A stretch of DNA of 64,000 nt, taken from an uncultured Bacilli bacterium (GTDB lineage: Bacteria > Bacillota_I > Bacilli_A > RF39 > UBA660). Of this stretch, positions 18,133 to 28,010 are shown one piece after another. A program made the position numbers and the translations under genes. Location: NCBI GenBank assembly GCA_944372055.1, contig CALVYF010000003.1:8435-72434 (forward strand). Direction: 5' to 3'. Positions within the stretch are counted from its first letter, which is position 1. The number at the start of each line of letters is the position of its first letter. The notes under the pieces are model-generated. The model did not search any database. It had not been told where the DNA came from and saw only the letters and a program-made list of their open reading frames with translations.

Positions 18133-19752
18133 TTAGTTTTCAAATATTTCCATAATAAGTGGAACAACATGTTTTTTACGTGAAACACAGTTATCAACAA
18201 AATATCCTTCAGGAAGATTTTCTTTACCATATACTACATCAACAACTTCCTGACCCTTAGTATTAAAGATAACGTAACTTCCATTTTTAATAATATCTGT
18301 TACATATAAAGCTACAAAATCATAATTATTAGCTTCTGCTACTTCATTTAATGTATGAATATATTCATCAAGTTCTTTCTTCATTTCATCAAAATTCATA
18401 GTAAAGAACTGCCCTATAGCAAAAGTCTTCTCATTTACAGTATATAATTTAAAATCATTATATAACACATCTTCCTTTGTCATACCATCTAAAGAAGTCC
18501 CTGCTTTTAACATATTCATACCATATTCTTGATAATCAACCTCAGCAATACGCGAAAGTTCTTCCACAGCTTCTCTATCTCTAGGAGTAGCTGTTGGACT
18601 CTTGAGAATTAAAGTATCAGACAAAATCCCAGATAACAATGCACCTGCAATTTCTCTAGGAATTTCTACTCCTTTTTCCTGATACAAAGTATAAACAATA
18701 GTACAAGTAGAACCTACTGCCATATTACGGAAATTAATTGGAGAATTCGTTGTAATACTTCCCAAATTATGATGATCAAAAATCTCTAAAATATTAGCTT
18801 CATCCAAACCTTCAACACTTTGTAGTTTTTCATTATGATCAACTAAAATAACATTCTTAGGATGTTTCTCATTTAAATCTATAATTTTTAATAATCCTAA
18901 ACATCTATTCTTCCTGTCAACCACTGGATAATTAGTATGTTTTAACTTATTATTAATATCTAATACAGTATCAACATACTCCCCTTCTTCAAACTTAGCA
19001 GGATTATAACTACGAATCATAGTCTTAATATAATTAGTCAAAGGTAAAAGTCTCGTAATATGATAAGAGTCATATGGAGTACGAATAATATTAACTTTAT
19101 TTTTCCTAGCAATTTCAATATGTTTGTCTTTAATTTCAGAATCTCCAGATAAGACAACTAATTTTACACCGGACTCAACAGCATATTCAATAACACTATG
19201 ACGATCACCAACAATCAATACATCATCAGAAGAAAGAGAAATTTGATTAATAAAAGTTGTACTTCGATAAGCCGCAACTAATATATTACCAACAATTTCT
19301 TCATCAAACTTTAAAATTTCTTCCCCTTTTAATACCTTCATAATATTACTATAAGAAGTATATAACTCTTCAAAGTTAGCATTAACTACCATATGAGATA
19401 AATCTTTAATAGTAATTAATCCTAAAAAACTATTCTTTTGTTGAACAACAGGAATTCCAGTCAATCCTTCTTTCAACATTTTTTGATAACCATCATAAAT
19501 AGAATCTGTATCTTTAATTAAAAATCCTTTATGATAATTAACATCTTTAATTTGTAATTTAACATCATTTAAATACTCAGGTTCTTTTAACCCAAAATAA
19601 TCAAGAGCATACTTAGTCTCTTTGTTGACATTTCCTAAAATTCTTGGTTCTGTACTCTCTCCTAATTTATTTTTTAAATAAGAAAGACCTATAGCAGACA
19701 TAACAGAATCTGAATCAGGTTTTTTATGTCCAAAAATAAATGTTTTTTGCAT
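18133..19752 (-). CDS. CBS-domain-containing family II (DHH/DHHA2) inorganic pyrophosphatase
   Basis: GHKKPDSDSV, a CBS pair insertion, VDHNE, DHHNLGS and a DHHA2-type C-terminus. Trimmed from a TTG at 19773 to the ATG at 19752. Confidence 0.8.
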   Translation of the reverse strand: MQKTFIFGHKKPDSDSVMSAIGLSYLKNKLGESTEPRILGNVNKETKYALDYFGLKEPEYLNDVKLQIKDVNYHKGFLIKDTDSIYDGYQKMLKEGLTGIPVVQQKNSFLGLITIKDLSHMVVNANFEELYTSYSNIMKVLKGEEILKFDEEIVGNILVAAYRSTTFINQISLSSDDVLIVGDRHSVIEYAVESGVKLVVLSGDSEIKDKHIEIARKNKVNIIRTPYDSYHITRLLPLTNYIKTMIRSYNPAKFEEGEYVDTVLDINNKLKHTNYPVVDRKNRCLGLLKIIDLNEKHPKNVILVDHNEKLQSVEGLDEANILEIFDHHNLGSITTNSPINFRNMAVGSTCTIVYTLYQEKGVEIPREIAGALLSGILSDTLILKSPTATPRDREAVEELSRIAEVDYQEYGMNMLKAGTSLDGMTKEDVLYNDFKLYTVNEKTFAIGQFFTMNFDEMKKELDEYIHTLNEVAEANNYDFVALYVTDIIKNGSYVIFNTKGQEVVDVVYGKENLPEGYFVDNCVSRKKHVVPLIMEIFEN

Positions 19753-19794
19753 ACTATCACTTCTTTCTTGCAAAAGTATACCATAAAATAAAAA

Positions 19795-19826
19795 TAAAAA
19801 AAAGAGATAACTCTGAAGATTATCTC
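19795..19826 (-). terminator. Rho-independent terminator after the HD-domain gene
   Basis: Stem GAGATAA (19804-19810) pairs with TTATCTC (19820-19826). A run of 9 T follows on the minus strand. Confidence 0.6.
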
Positions 19827-20320
19827 ATTTTGACAAAATTCACTACTAAAAACATAAACAAAAACATAGAGGTGCGTAATTCACGATGCATACAATAACC
19901 TTTTTCATAAAATGCTGCTATATCATCAGCAAAATCTACAATCCAACTTTCTATATATTTCGGTGGAGCAAATGTAACCGGAAACATATGTGTACTAATA
20001 ATATCAATTTGCCTCTCAGTTAAATCAAAATATTTAGAAGCATTTTTCACTGCATATTCTGGATGAAGTCTTAATTTCTGAGCATTATTCTCATGTTCCA
20101 CTTCATCTAAAAAGAAATCATGAAGAAGAGCTGCAATCGTTACTTCTTTATAATCCAAATGTAATGCTTTACAAATTTTATAAGATAAATATGCCACTCT
20201 CACAGAATGATCATATCTAGTAATTCCATGATGTGTAATAAATTTCAATTGATTAAATTCTTCTATTTCAAGAACCGGACTGATAATACGTTCGAATTCC
20301 AAATCTGTATATCTACTCAT
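19820..20320 (-). CDS. HD-domain phosphohydrolase
   Basis: TRYDHSVRVAYLS...AALLHDFF. Trimmed to the ATG at 20320 (MSRYTDLEF...), with AAGGA upstream. Confidence 0.7.
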   Translation of the reverse strand: MSRYTDLEFERIISPVLEIEEFNQLKFITHHGITRYDHSVRVAYLSYKICKALHLDYKEVTIAALLHDFFLDEVEHENNAQKLRLHPEYAVKNASKYFDLTERQIDIISTHMFPVTFAPPKYIESWIVDFADDIAAFYEKGYCMHRELRTSMFLFMFLVVNFVKMR

Positions 20321-20527
20321 ATAAACATCCTTTTCCCATACCATATATTTTATGCTTACTCTTACTCTAACATGATAACATAAAACCAATAAAGAGTGCA
20401 AGAAACACAAAATTTATGATTGTCAATTTACAATAATTTATAGCGACTCATAAAGTATATCACAAGACTGATAAAATTGCAAACTGCTCTTATCGCAGAT
20501 GGTATTTAAAAAAGTATAAGAATATTC

Positions 20528-21832
20528 TTACACTAGTTCTTTTAAAATTTGATTTAACTCTTCTTCCTCCTCAGGTGTAGTCTCTTCATTTTCTAAGGTC
20601 TTATCAAACCAAGCTGGAAGACTGGTTTCCTTTTTAACCTTTGCAGAAGCCTTAGTTTTTGACTTCTCAGCAAGCTTCTTTAATTTTTTATGCTCTTTTT
20701 CGGCAATTCTCATAGCATCTTCTACAGTTTCAATATTAAGCCTCTTCCATTGTCCAGCAATAGTTTCTACATAACTCTTTTTTAATTGCTCATGATTAAT
20801 TTTTAACACATAAGAAATAAGCACATTAACAACACCAGGATTCAATTTTTGGTCAATTAATAAATTTTCAATTAACCTTTTATCCCTATCCGTTGGTTCT
20901 GCTCCCTTATACTTGGCTTTCAAAAACTGATATGGTGTTAAATTTTCAAACGCATAAACCATCTTTGCCCACTTAGAATGGTCTCCCATAGGTTTTTTCA
21001 AATACTCAGGCTGTTTATTATAAATCACCGTCGGTAAGTCACCCGCATGCTCAAACTGATAATATTCCCGTGCATTTTTACGAAGTAAAGCCTTATCGAT
21101 AAAACCTTTTTCATTTAAAGAATCCCGAACCAAGCCTTGCATTGCTAGAGTATCTAATTGATAAGTAAAACTAAGTGAATTAATCAATTCTTTTGCCTCT
21201 TTAGAAAAACATCTCTCATGAACCATACTACTAGGAATACTAGAAATAAGCATATTAAAATCAATACTCTTTTCTAAAGAAGGATAACCACTTTCTTTTC
21301 TTCTAATTTCATTATTCCCATCAATCGCACTGCCATGAACAGAAGTAAAAACTTGATCAAAACTCGAAGTAATATCTTCATACTCTTTTAAATTGATATG
21401 AGGAACTTTAAAATAGCTAACGATCCTTTCATATTCTTTTTTACCAAGATTATTGTACAAAACGACATTTAAAATAGGATGAGTTAAAAACTCATGAGCA
21501 GACATAGGAGAATAAATTAAATAAACATATTGATTAATATTTCCAGCCTTAAAATAAGTTTTTAAAAGACCACAAGCTTCAAGTTTCTCTCTAGCAACAA
21601 CAATATCATCTAATTTAAGTTGCATAGTTGCCATTAAATGATGATGTGTTAAGTCATGACTCATAAGCTCAGACTTATCTAAATCATCAAGTAAGGTAAA
21701 ATATAACGATACTGCCGTATATCCGATAATTGGCTGATACAACATACTAACAAGTTTACGATCACCATCATGAATTACTGTTTTATTAATCACAGTATAT
21801 GTATCCGCTGGTAAAATTGTTTTACTTTTCAC
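20528..21832 (-). CDS. DnaB/DnaD-family replication initiation/helicase-loading protein (Bacillus-type DnaB, not the helicase)
   Basis: Length, the N-terminal YQPIIG..A.SLY.TL motif, and C-terminal DnaB_2-like repeats (NPGVVNVLISYVL...). GTG start with AGGTGA upstream. Confidence 0.65.
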   Translation of the reverse strand: MKSKTILPADTYTVINKTVIHDGDRKLVSMLYQPIIGYTAVSLYFTLLDDLDKSELMSHDLTHHHLMATMQLKLDDIVVAREKLEACGLLKTYFKAGNINQYVYLIYSPMSAHEFLTHPILNVVLYNNLGKKEYERIVSYFKVPHINLKEYEDITSSFDQVFTSVHGSAIDGNNEIRRKESGYPSLEKSIDFNMLISSIPSSMVHERCFSKEAKELINSLSFTYQLDTLAMQGLVRDSLNEKGFIDKALLRKNAREYYQFEHAGDLPTVIYNKQPEYLKKPMGDHSKWAKMVYAFENLTPYQFLKAKYKGAEPTDRDKRLIENLLIDQKLNPGVVNVLISYVLKINHEQLKKSYVETIAGQWKRLNIETVEDAMRIAEKEHKKLKKLAEKSKTKASAKVKKETSLPAWFDKTLENEETTPEEEEELNQILKELV

Positions 21833-21894
21833 TCATCCATCACCTACCTAACTATCGTACAATACTTTCAAAAAAAAAGAAAGTTTTTTCTTTC

Positions 21895-22656
21895 TTAAAG
21901 TCCAATCCATTGAACCAAGATATCTGGAGTAATCTTTGTAAAATACAAGAAAGTTAATGCCAGTAGCAAAAACGGTCCAAAAGGAATCACCTTTTCATGA
22001 TTTTTATATAATAGAAAAAGTGACATTGGCAAAGCAAAAAGGCTTCCTAAAAATATTGCAACAGTACCTAATAGAGGATCTAAAACAAGACCAAACAAAA
22101 ACATCATTTTAACGTCTCCACCGCCAAGACTTTCCTTTTTTAGTAATTTTTCACCCAACCACATAATAACATACATAAGAACAAATAAGAAAATACCAGT
22201 TAAGATATGTTCCACTACACCAAATGCTCCTAAAGAAAAGAATTGAATAATGACGAAGTAAAGAATAAAGAAGACTAGCACCTCATCAGGAATAATTAAA
22301 TAGTTTAAATCACTAACTGTAACAATAATAAGTAAAGAAATAATCCCTAGAGCAATTAAAAACTCATATGAAAAACCAAAACTAAAATAAGCTACCGCAA
22401 ATAATATTCCAGTAAACAGTTCCATCAAAGGTTCCATAGCATCAATCTTTTTACCACAATATCTGCATTTTCTTCTTAAAACAAAATAAGAAATCAGAGG
22501 AATACTCTCTAATATAGAAAGTCTATGTTTACAATGATTACAACGATACGGAAAAAAATGATAATCTTCCTCTGCTAAACGTCCTCCTAAGACTGTATAA
22601 AAGCCACCGAAAACTATTCCTAAAATAAAAAAGATAATTAAATATAAACTATCCAT
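21895..22656 (-). CDS. pilD: Prepilin peptidase (A24 family, PilD/ComC)
   Basis: N-terminal Cys cluster CNHCKHRL...CRYCGKK. Catalytic Asp motifs SDLNYLIIPDE and GGGDVKMM. Trimmed to the ATG at 22656, with AAGGAGGA upstream. Confidence 0.88.
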   Translation of the reverse strand: MDSLYLIIFFILGIVFGGFYTVLGGRLAEEDYHFFPYRCNHCKHRLSILESIPLISYFVLRRKCRYCGKKIDAMEPLMELFTGILFAVAYFSFGFSYEFLIALGIISLLIIVTVSDLNYLIIPDEVLVFFILYFVIIQFFSLGAFGVVEHILTGIFLFVLMYVIMWLGEKLLKKESLGGGDVKMMFLFGLVLDPLLGTVAIFLGSLFALPMSLFLLYKNHEKVIPFGPFLLLALTFLYFTKITPDILVQWIGL

Positions 22657-22667
22657 AATTATCCTCC

Positions 22668-24185
22668 TTACTCCATTTGTCCATAAATTGAGAACATTGG
22701 TTGTACGATAGATAATAATATAATACCAACAACAACAGCCAATGCGCAAATCATTAATGGCTCCATCAAACTCTTCAACTGATCAATAACCGATTTATGT
22801 AATGCTTGAAAGTGATCAGCAACTTTTTCCATCATAAGGCCTAATTGTCCAGTCGACTCTCCAGTAACTAACATTTCATAGGCAACTACAGGAAATGCCC
22901 ATTCTCCTCTAAAAGAAGCAGAAATAGAGTCACCTTTTCCTAAATTATGTAAAGTTTTATCAATGATTCTTTTATAAACTTCATTATTTGTAATCTTAGA
23001 TAAGATTTCCATACTATCCGTAATAAATACGCCGTGATTAAGTAAAGAAGCAAATGTCTTAGTGAAATTAGCAACTTCATTATAGATAATAATACTCTTT
23101 ACGACTGGTATATGCATTAAAAAGATTTGTACCCCGGTACGAAAACTAACGACTTTTTTATAAGCAACAATAAAAGAAATAACAATTCCAAGAATACCCA
23201 AAATTAAAAAAATCCAATTTTCCTTGATAAAATCACTCGCTCCTAAGATAGCCAAAGTTAGTGCTGGAAGTTCAGCATCATTACTTTCAAACATAGTAGC
23301 AAACTGTGGAACTAAATAAGTCAACATAAAAATAAGAACACCAAATGCGATAGCCAAAACAACACAAGGATAAGTCATAGCACTAACCATCTGCTTACGA
23401 GTTCTCTCCATAGAAGTATAATAATCTGCCATATCATCCAAAATAGATGGCAAATCACCCGTCATTTCTGCTGTTTTTACCATGTTAACTAACAATTTAG
23501 GGAAAACCTTATTTTGCTTTAGCATCGCAGTCGACAGATTCTCACCTTTTAACAATTCATACACTAATCTTTGATAAGCCTTCTTTGTTGCTGGCTTACT
23601 AGCTTGCTTTGCTAAAATTTTAACTGCATCAACAAGTGGAATACCAGACTTAATATAAGTAGATAACTGAGTTAATCCGAAAGATAAATCAGCAACTTTT
23701 ATTTTAGCATGATCATTAATATCAATATCATATGGAGGACGAACTTTAATAGATACAATTTCATAATCCTGAGAGATTAAAAAACTACGAACCTCATTTT
23801 CGCTTTCAGCCTCAAAAGTTCCATTTTCCTTTTTTCCCATAGCATTAATAACAACATAACGGTATTTAATCAAAGGCCTCTCAGGAGCATTATCATCTCT
23901 CTTACGAATCCCTGTATCTTCAATAACTTCTTCTGTTTTTGAAGAAGAATCTGGATTCTCTAATTCTTCATTCATCTTATTAGCTTTTTGACTTTCTTTT
24001 TTTGAAAAAAAAGGCTTCCTCTTTTTCTTCTTTTCCACATCAACAACGTTATTTTCTTTTTTAATACTATTAAGTTGCGCTTGTTCAACAGCTTCTTCTG
24101 TCTTATGAAATAACTTTTTAGGCATACGTCCAAGAGCTTGGATGCCGTGATAAATTGCAATAAATGGTTTTAATAAAATATCCAC
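22668..24185 (-). CDS. pilC: Type IV pilus/T2SS platform protein (GspF/PilC/ComGB family) with a ~100-aa charged N-terminal extension
   Basis: Two GspF repeats (...LSTYIKSGIPLVDAV... and ...LLNHGVFITDSM...) and 3 TM segments. GTG start with GGGAGTG 5 nt upstream. Confidence 0.85.
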   Translation of the reverse strand: MDILLKPFIAIYHGIQALGRMPKKLFHKTEEAVEQAQLNSIKKENNVVDVEKKKKRKPFFSKKESQKANKMNEELENPDSSSKTEEVIEDTGIRKRDDNAPERPLIKYRYVVINAMGKKENGTFEAESENEVRSFLISQDYEIVSIKVRPPYDIDINDHAKIKVADLSFGLTQLSTYIKSGIPLVDAVKILAKQASKPATKKAYQRLVYELLKGENLSTAMLKQNKVFPKLLVNMVKTAEMTGDLPSILDDMADYYTSMERTRKQMVSAMTYPCVVLAIAFGVLIFMLTYLVPQFATMFESNDAELPALTLAILGASDFIKENWIFLILGILGIVISFIVAYKKVVSFRTGVQIFLMHIPVVKSIIIYNEVANFTKTFASLLNHGVFITDSMEILSKITNNEVYKRIIDKTLHNLGKGDSISASFRGEWAFPVVAYEMLVTGESTGQLGLMMEKVADHFQALHKSVIDQLKSLMEPLMICALAVVVGIILLSIVQPMFSIYGQME

Positions 24186-24295
24186 ACTGCTTCACTCCCT
24201 ATCCTTACATAAGTATATCATAACAATTTTTTTTTGAAAATAATTAAATGAACTTTTCTATCATATTGACATATATTAAAATAAGAGGTGATGAT

Positions 24296-24601
24296 ATGTA
24301 CCCAAACCCTTATATGATAAATGGAACAACAAAAGTAGGTATACTTTCAAAAGGAATAAATTCTCTAAAGACGATTAACTGGGGGAGTCTATTAGAAGGA
24401 ACACAAAAAACATTAGGAGTAATCAATCAAGCAATTCCTGTAGTCTATCAAATGAAGCCCATTGTAAACAATGCAAAAACTCTTTTTAAAATCGCTGGAT
24501 CAATGAGAGAAGAAAACACCCCTATACCACCTACTGATACAACAGCCCAGCAACCAAGAAAAGAATCAAAACAAAAAAATATCCCTATATTCTATATATA
24601 A
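24296..24601 (+). CDS. YqfQ/VrrA-like small protein (101 aa)
   Basis: Trimmed to the ATG at 24296, with AAGAGGTGA upstream. The core LLEGTQKTLGVINQAIPVVYQMKPIVNNAKTLFKI resembles the YqfQ family core as I recall it. Confidence 0.45.
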   Translation: MYPNPYMINGTTKVGILSKGINSLKTINWGSLLEGTQKTLGVINQAIPVVYQMKPIVNNAKTLFKIAGSMREENTPIPPTDTTAQQPRKESKQKNIPIFYI

Positions 24602-24630
24602 AAAATAAAAACTAGACCTTAAAGTCTAGT
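24598..24630 (-). terminator. Rho-independent terminator downstream of tRNA-Met
   Basis: Stem AACTAGAC (24609-24616) pairs with GTCTAGTT (24623-24630). On the minus strand it is followed by TTTTTATTTTTT. Confidence 0.65.
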
Positions 24631-24640
24631 TAGATACAAC

Positions 24641-24717
24641 TTGGTAGCGACGGAGGGAATCGAACCCCCGACCTTCTGGGTATGAACCAGACGCTCTAGC
24701 CAGCTGAGCTACATCGC
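24641..24717 (-). tRNA. tRNA-Met (anticodon CAT), elongator type, CCA encoded
   Basis: The reverse complement GGCGATGTAGCTCAGCTGGCTAGAGCGTCTGGTTCATACCCAGAAGGTCGGGGGTTCGATTCCCTCCGTCGCTACCA folds as a cloverleaf. Anticodon loop is TTCATAC. It lacks the three G-C pairs typical of initiator anticodon stems. Confidence 0.88.
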
Positions 24718-24737
24718 CATAAATGAAGAACAATATA

Positions 24738-24766
24738 ATAGTAACATATTCATTTGAATTTGGCAA
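24738..24766 (-). promoter_or_regulatory. Candidate sigma-A promoter for tRNA-Met
   Basis: On the minus strand, TTGCCA (24761-24766), a 17-nt spacer and TACTAT (24738-24743), about 20 nt upstream of the tRNA 5' end. Confidence 0.4.
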
Positions 24767-24841
24767 CAATATTTTTTATTTTTTCTAATAAACTTCCTTT
24801 TTTTCACATACAGTGATATGATTAACAAGAGGGATAACATT

Positions 24842-25525
24842 ATGATAAAAATAATCTACATTTATATTTTATTCTTTTTTGTTTATTCGTTTTTAGGGTG
24901 GTGCTTAGAAGTAATATGTAAACTAATATCAGAAAAAAGATTCATTAATCGAGGGATTTTAATAGGTCCCATTTGCCCTATCTACGGTTATGGTGCTTTA
25001 ATTATGACACTCTTTTTTAGAAAGTATTTAAATGATCCTATCACATTATTTATATTAATTATCGTGAGTTGTTCTATACTAGAATATTTTACCAGTTACT
25101 TTTTAGAGAAAGTATACCATACCCGTTGGTGGGATTATTCAACAAAAAAATTTAACATTAATGGTCGTATCTGCCTAGAAACTATGATTCCTTTTGGTAT
25201 CTTAGGATTACTCATTATGAACTATATGAACCCTGTTATCTTTAGCTTTTTAAATATACTACCCAATTATCTTATTTATATACTAGGTACTATTTTTCTA
25301 ATTACATATATAATAGATAACATTATATCATGCAAAATAATTTATAATATTCAAAAACTAAGTAAAGAAATACAATCAAAACAAATAATAAAAAAAGACG
25401 ATACAGAAAGAATTACAAAATTAGTTCGTAAACAAATCGAAAAATCTATGAAATTATTAGATAGACGACTAATTCATGCCTTTCCTCATCTAGAAATGCT
25501 AAAATTTAAGAAAAAGAAAAAATAA
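24842..25525 (+). CDS. DUF1113/putative ABC-transporter type IV family membrane protein (paralog of 15791-16528)
   Basis: Motifs GWCLEV...NRGILIGPICPIYGYG...ILEYFTSYFLEKVYHTRWWDYS...NINGRICL. Trimmed to the ATG at 24842, with AGAGGG upstream. Confidence 0.7.
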   Translation: MIKIIYIYILFFFVYSFLGWCLEVICKLISEKRFINRGILIGPICPIYGYGALIMTLFFRKYLNDPITLFILIIVSCSILEYFTSYFLEKVYHTRWWDYSTKKFNINGRICLETMIPFGILGLLIMNYMNPVIFSFLNILPNYLIYILGTIFLITYIIDNIISCKIIYNIQKLSKEIQSKQIIKKDDTERITKLVRKQIEKSMKLLDRRLIHAFPHLEMLKFKKKKK

Positions 25526-25585
25526 AACTTATAATTGAGAAAAAAATAAAATTTATGTATAATATAACTACTAAGGAGAGGACTA

Positions 25586-25939
25586 ATGAAAAAGCAATAT
25601 TATAGTATTAATATTAATGGATTAAAAGTAGGAAGTCTAGACCCACTAAAGTTCGAGCATATAATAGTAAAAAAGAGGGTACCCTTCTATCAAGCTGGAA
25701 TATTAGGAAGATTAATTACAGTAGAAGGAAACAATCCAACGAACACACTGGAAGAAGCAGAAGCTTGGTTAACAGATATAGCAAAAAGGCAACCAAGTCT
25801 AGAATCTTTACAACAAGAAATAGTTCCATATATAGACATGAACACAATTACTCCATTAGACAAAGAAGAAATCAAAAGCTTAGGTTTAGGAAAAGATAGA
25901 CAAAAAAAGTTTCTTTTTCATCCAAACAACAAAAAATAA
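25586..25939 (+). CDS. Hypothetical 117-aa protein
   Basis: ORF with SD AAGGAGAGG. No motif recognised. Its 3' end overlaps the convergent SDR gene by 22 nt. Confidence 0.5.
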   Translation: MKKQYYSININGLKVGSLDPLKFEHIIVKKRVPFYQAGILGRLITVEGNNPTNTLEEAEAWLTDIAKRQPSLESLQQEIVPYIDMNTITPLDKEEIKSLGLGKDRQKKFLFHPNNKK

Positions 25940-26691
25940 AGTTTGAACAAGATAGCTTGTATCCACGGAATCCGAAGAATTTTCTTCGGATTTTCTTTTT
26001 CCATTTCACTAACTATCTTATTAGAAAGACCACGAATATTTTTAGATTCTATCAAAGAAAAAAACTTTCTTTGATAATCATGAATAGACAAAAATTTAGA
26101 ATGCAAATTTTGATACTTCTCCACATTATCAATCATCACTTGATTAAACCCAGTAGCATAAGCACCAGGCTCCACCAAGCAAAAAGAAATAGAATACTTT
26201 AATACTCTACTTTCTTGCTGTAAAGCTTTCACAAGAGAAGAAATTGCAGATTTACTCGAACTATATACTCCGAAAAAAGGTAAAGGATAAATACCAAGTA
26301 AAGAAGAAGTAACAAATATTTTACCACTAATATGCCTTCTTATCATATGCTGAGATACCATTTTTAAAAACAAAAAAGAACGGAAAACGTTCACTTCATA
26401 TACATCTCGAAGTGCATTCTCATCCATAGTTAAAACACTTCCAGAAGAACCAATACCAGCATGATTAAAAAGGCAATCAACATCTAGCGAATTAGCTAAA
26501 TAAATATCATCAGTAAGAAGATCCAATTTCAAACAGATAGCAGACACATTTTCTCTTATCAATCTTTCCCTTAACCAAAACACTTCTTTTACCGTCCGAC
26601 AAGCCATATAAACTAAGTGCCCTCTTCTAGCAAGTCTAACACCTACTTCATAACCAATACCAGAGCTAGCACCAGTAATCAAAACACGCAT
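25918..26691 (-). CDS. Short-chain dehydrogenase/reductase (SDR) family oxidoreductase
   Basis: TGASSGIGYEVG cofactor motif, NHAG, and S...YSSSK catalytic motif. Trimmed from a TTG to the ATG at 26691, with AGGTGA upstream. Confidence 0.85.
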   Translation of the reverse strand: MRVLITGASSGIGYEVGVRLARRGHLVYMACRTVKEVFWLRERLIRENVSAICLKLDLLTDDIYLANSLDVDCLFNHAGIGSSGSVLTMDENALRDVYEVNVFRSFLFLKMVSQHMIRRHISGKIFVTSSLLGIYPLPFFGVYSSSKSAISSLVKALQQESRVLKYSISFCLVEPGAYATGFNQVMIDNVEKYQNLHSKFLSIHDYQRKFFSLIESKNIRGLSNKIVSEMEKENPKKILRIPWIQAILFKLYFLLFG

Positions 26692-26735
26692 AATATCACC
26701 TAATATTACTATAACCAAAAAAAGAAATTCTATAG

Positions 26736-28010
26736 TTAAGAATTTCTTTTAATAATAAAGGATACACCTTTTTTTTCATTTTTGATTGTAATATCATAAT
26801 TCATAATATTTAATGTTTTTTTAACAATCGAAAGTCCTAAACCAAACTCTCCTTTGATTCCCTTTCGGAACGGAGTAAAGATTCCTTCAAGAAAATCTTC
26901 GGCAATATGTTCGCCATCATTATATAGGATAAGTTTGTTTTGTTTTGCAGTAATTTTTATAGTAGTATTGGTATATCTCATAAAATTCGAAAGCAAATTA
27001 TCAATAATAGTTTCCCAATGTTCCATAGTACCATAATATTTAGACTTTTTATCTATATCGACCACAAAATTGATATCTTTTCTATGAAACTTAAATTTAT
27101 TAACTTCAAGCTGAATAATCTGCCCCATATCAACTAACTCATTTTCAACATTTTTAGAATTTTTGAGATAATCAAGTTTATTTAAGTAAAGAAGTGAGTG
27201 TACTTTGTTTTCTAATTTTTCAGTCTGTTGTTTAATAACTTGAAGTGCGGTATTACTGTCTTCAACTTTATCTTCAACAGCTTCAATATATGATTTTATA
27301 ACGGTGAGAGGTGTCTTAAAATCATGTGATATATTTTGATACATTTGATTACGATATTCTTCTTGGTTAATTAAAGAAATTCGCATATCTTCGATTGCTA
27401 AAGCAAGTGATTTAATCTCGTCATCAATTTCAAAATTAATATTATGATTATAATCAGCGTTATCAATATGATCTATCTTGTCTTTCAATTTTTCTATCTT
27501 TTTAACTATAAAAGAAGACCACATGACAAGTAGTAAACCAATTAACAAACACGTAGATAAAACTATTGGAAAGATAGTTTTTAAAATAGCTTCTTTTGTT
27601 TCGTTGATATAACTATCATTAGAGATAGCAACTTTTGTAATTTCGTCTTTGGTAATTGTATAGTAGTAGTAAGTATCATGATTATAGTTAAATTTACCAT
27701 AATCATCTTTAATATAGGATAATAATTTTTTTATATCTTTGATGTTGATTACTTGCTGTATATTTTCACTGGCTGCAACATTATCGTCGACAATATAAAT
27801 ATACGCAACTTCGGTATTAAGTAATGATTTGTCAATACGATTGTTACCTACAAATTTTAAAGGTTCACTTAAATAAGTATAAATATTCTTTTCAGCTACT
27901 GGAATTAACATCTTAGGAAGAATTACACCTAGGGAAATAAATAAAATAACAAACGCCAAGCCAATAAGGGCAATCAGTTGATGACTTAATTTAGTTTTAC
28001 GAAATTTCAT
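26736..28010 (-). CDS. Sensor histidine kinase
   Basis: Two TM segments, H-box SHDFKTPLT, and an HATPase region (NLLSNFMRYT...GLGLSIVK). ATGA overlap with the upstream response regulator gene. Confidence 0.9.
   Translation of the reverse strand: MKFRKTKLSHQLIALIGLAFVILFISLGVILPKMLIPVAEKNIYTYLSEPLKFVGNNRIDKSLLNTEVAYIYIVDDNVAASENIQQVINIKDIKKLLSYIKDDYGKFNYNHDTYYYYTITKDEITKVAISNDSYINETKEAILKTIFPIVLSTCLLIGLLLVMWSSFIVKKIEKLKDKIDHIDNADYNHNINFEIDDEIKSLALAIEDMRISLINQEEYRNQMYQNISHDFKTPLTVIKSYIEAVEDKVEDSNTALQVIKQQTEKLENKVHSLLYLNKLDYLKNSKNVENELVDMGQIIQLEVNKFKFHRKDINFVVDIDKKSKYYGTMEHWETIIDNLLSNFMRYTNTTIKITAKQNKLILYNDGEHIAEDFLEGIFTPFRKGIKGEFGLGLSIVKKTLNIMNYDITIKNEKKGVSFIIKRNS

Noticed and set aside
24598-24817. 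tRNA-Met as an integration site for a genomic island
   Set aside because: There is no integrase, no direct repeat of the tRNA 3' end, and no phage or IS genes nearby. The flanking genes (pilC, a yqfQ-like gene, a DUF1113 paralog) look chromosomal.
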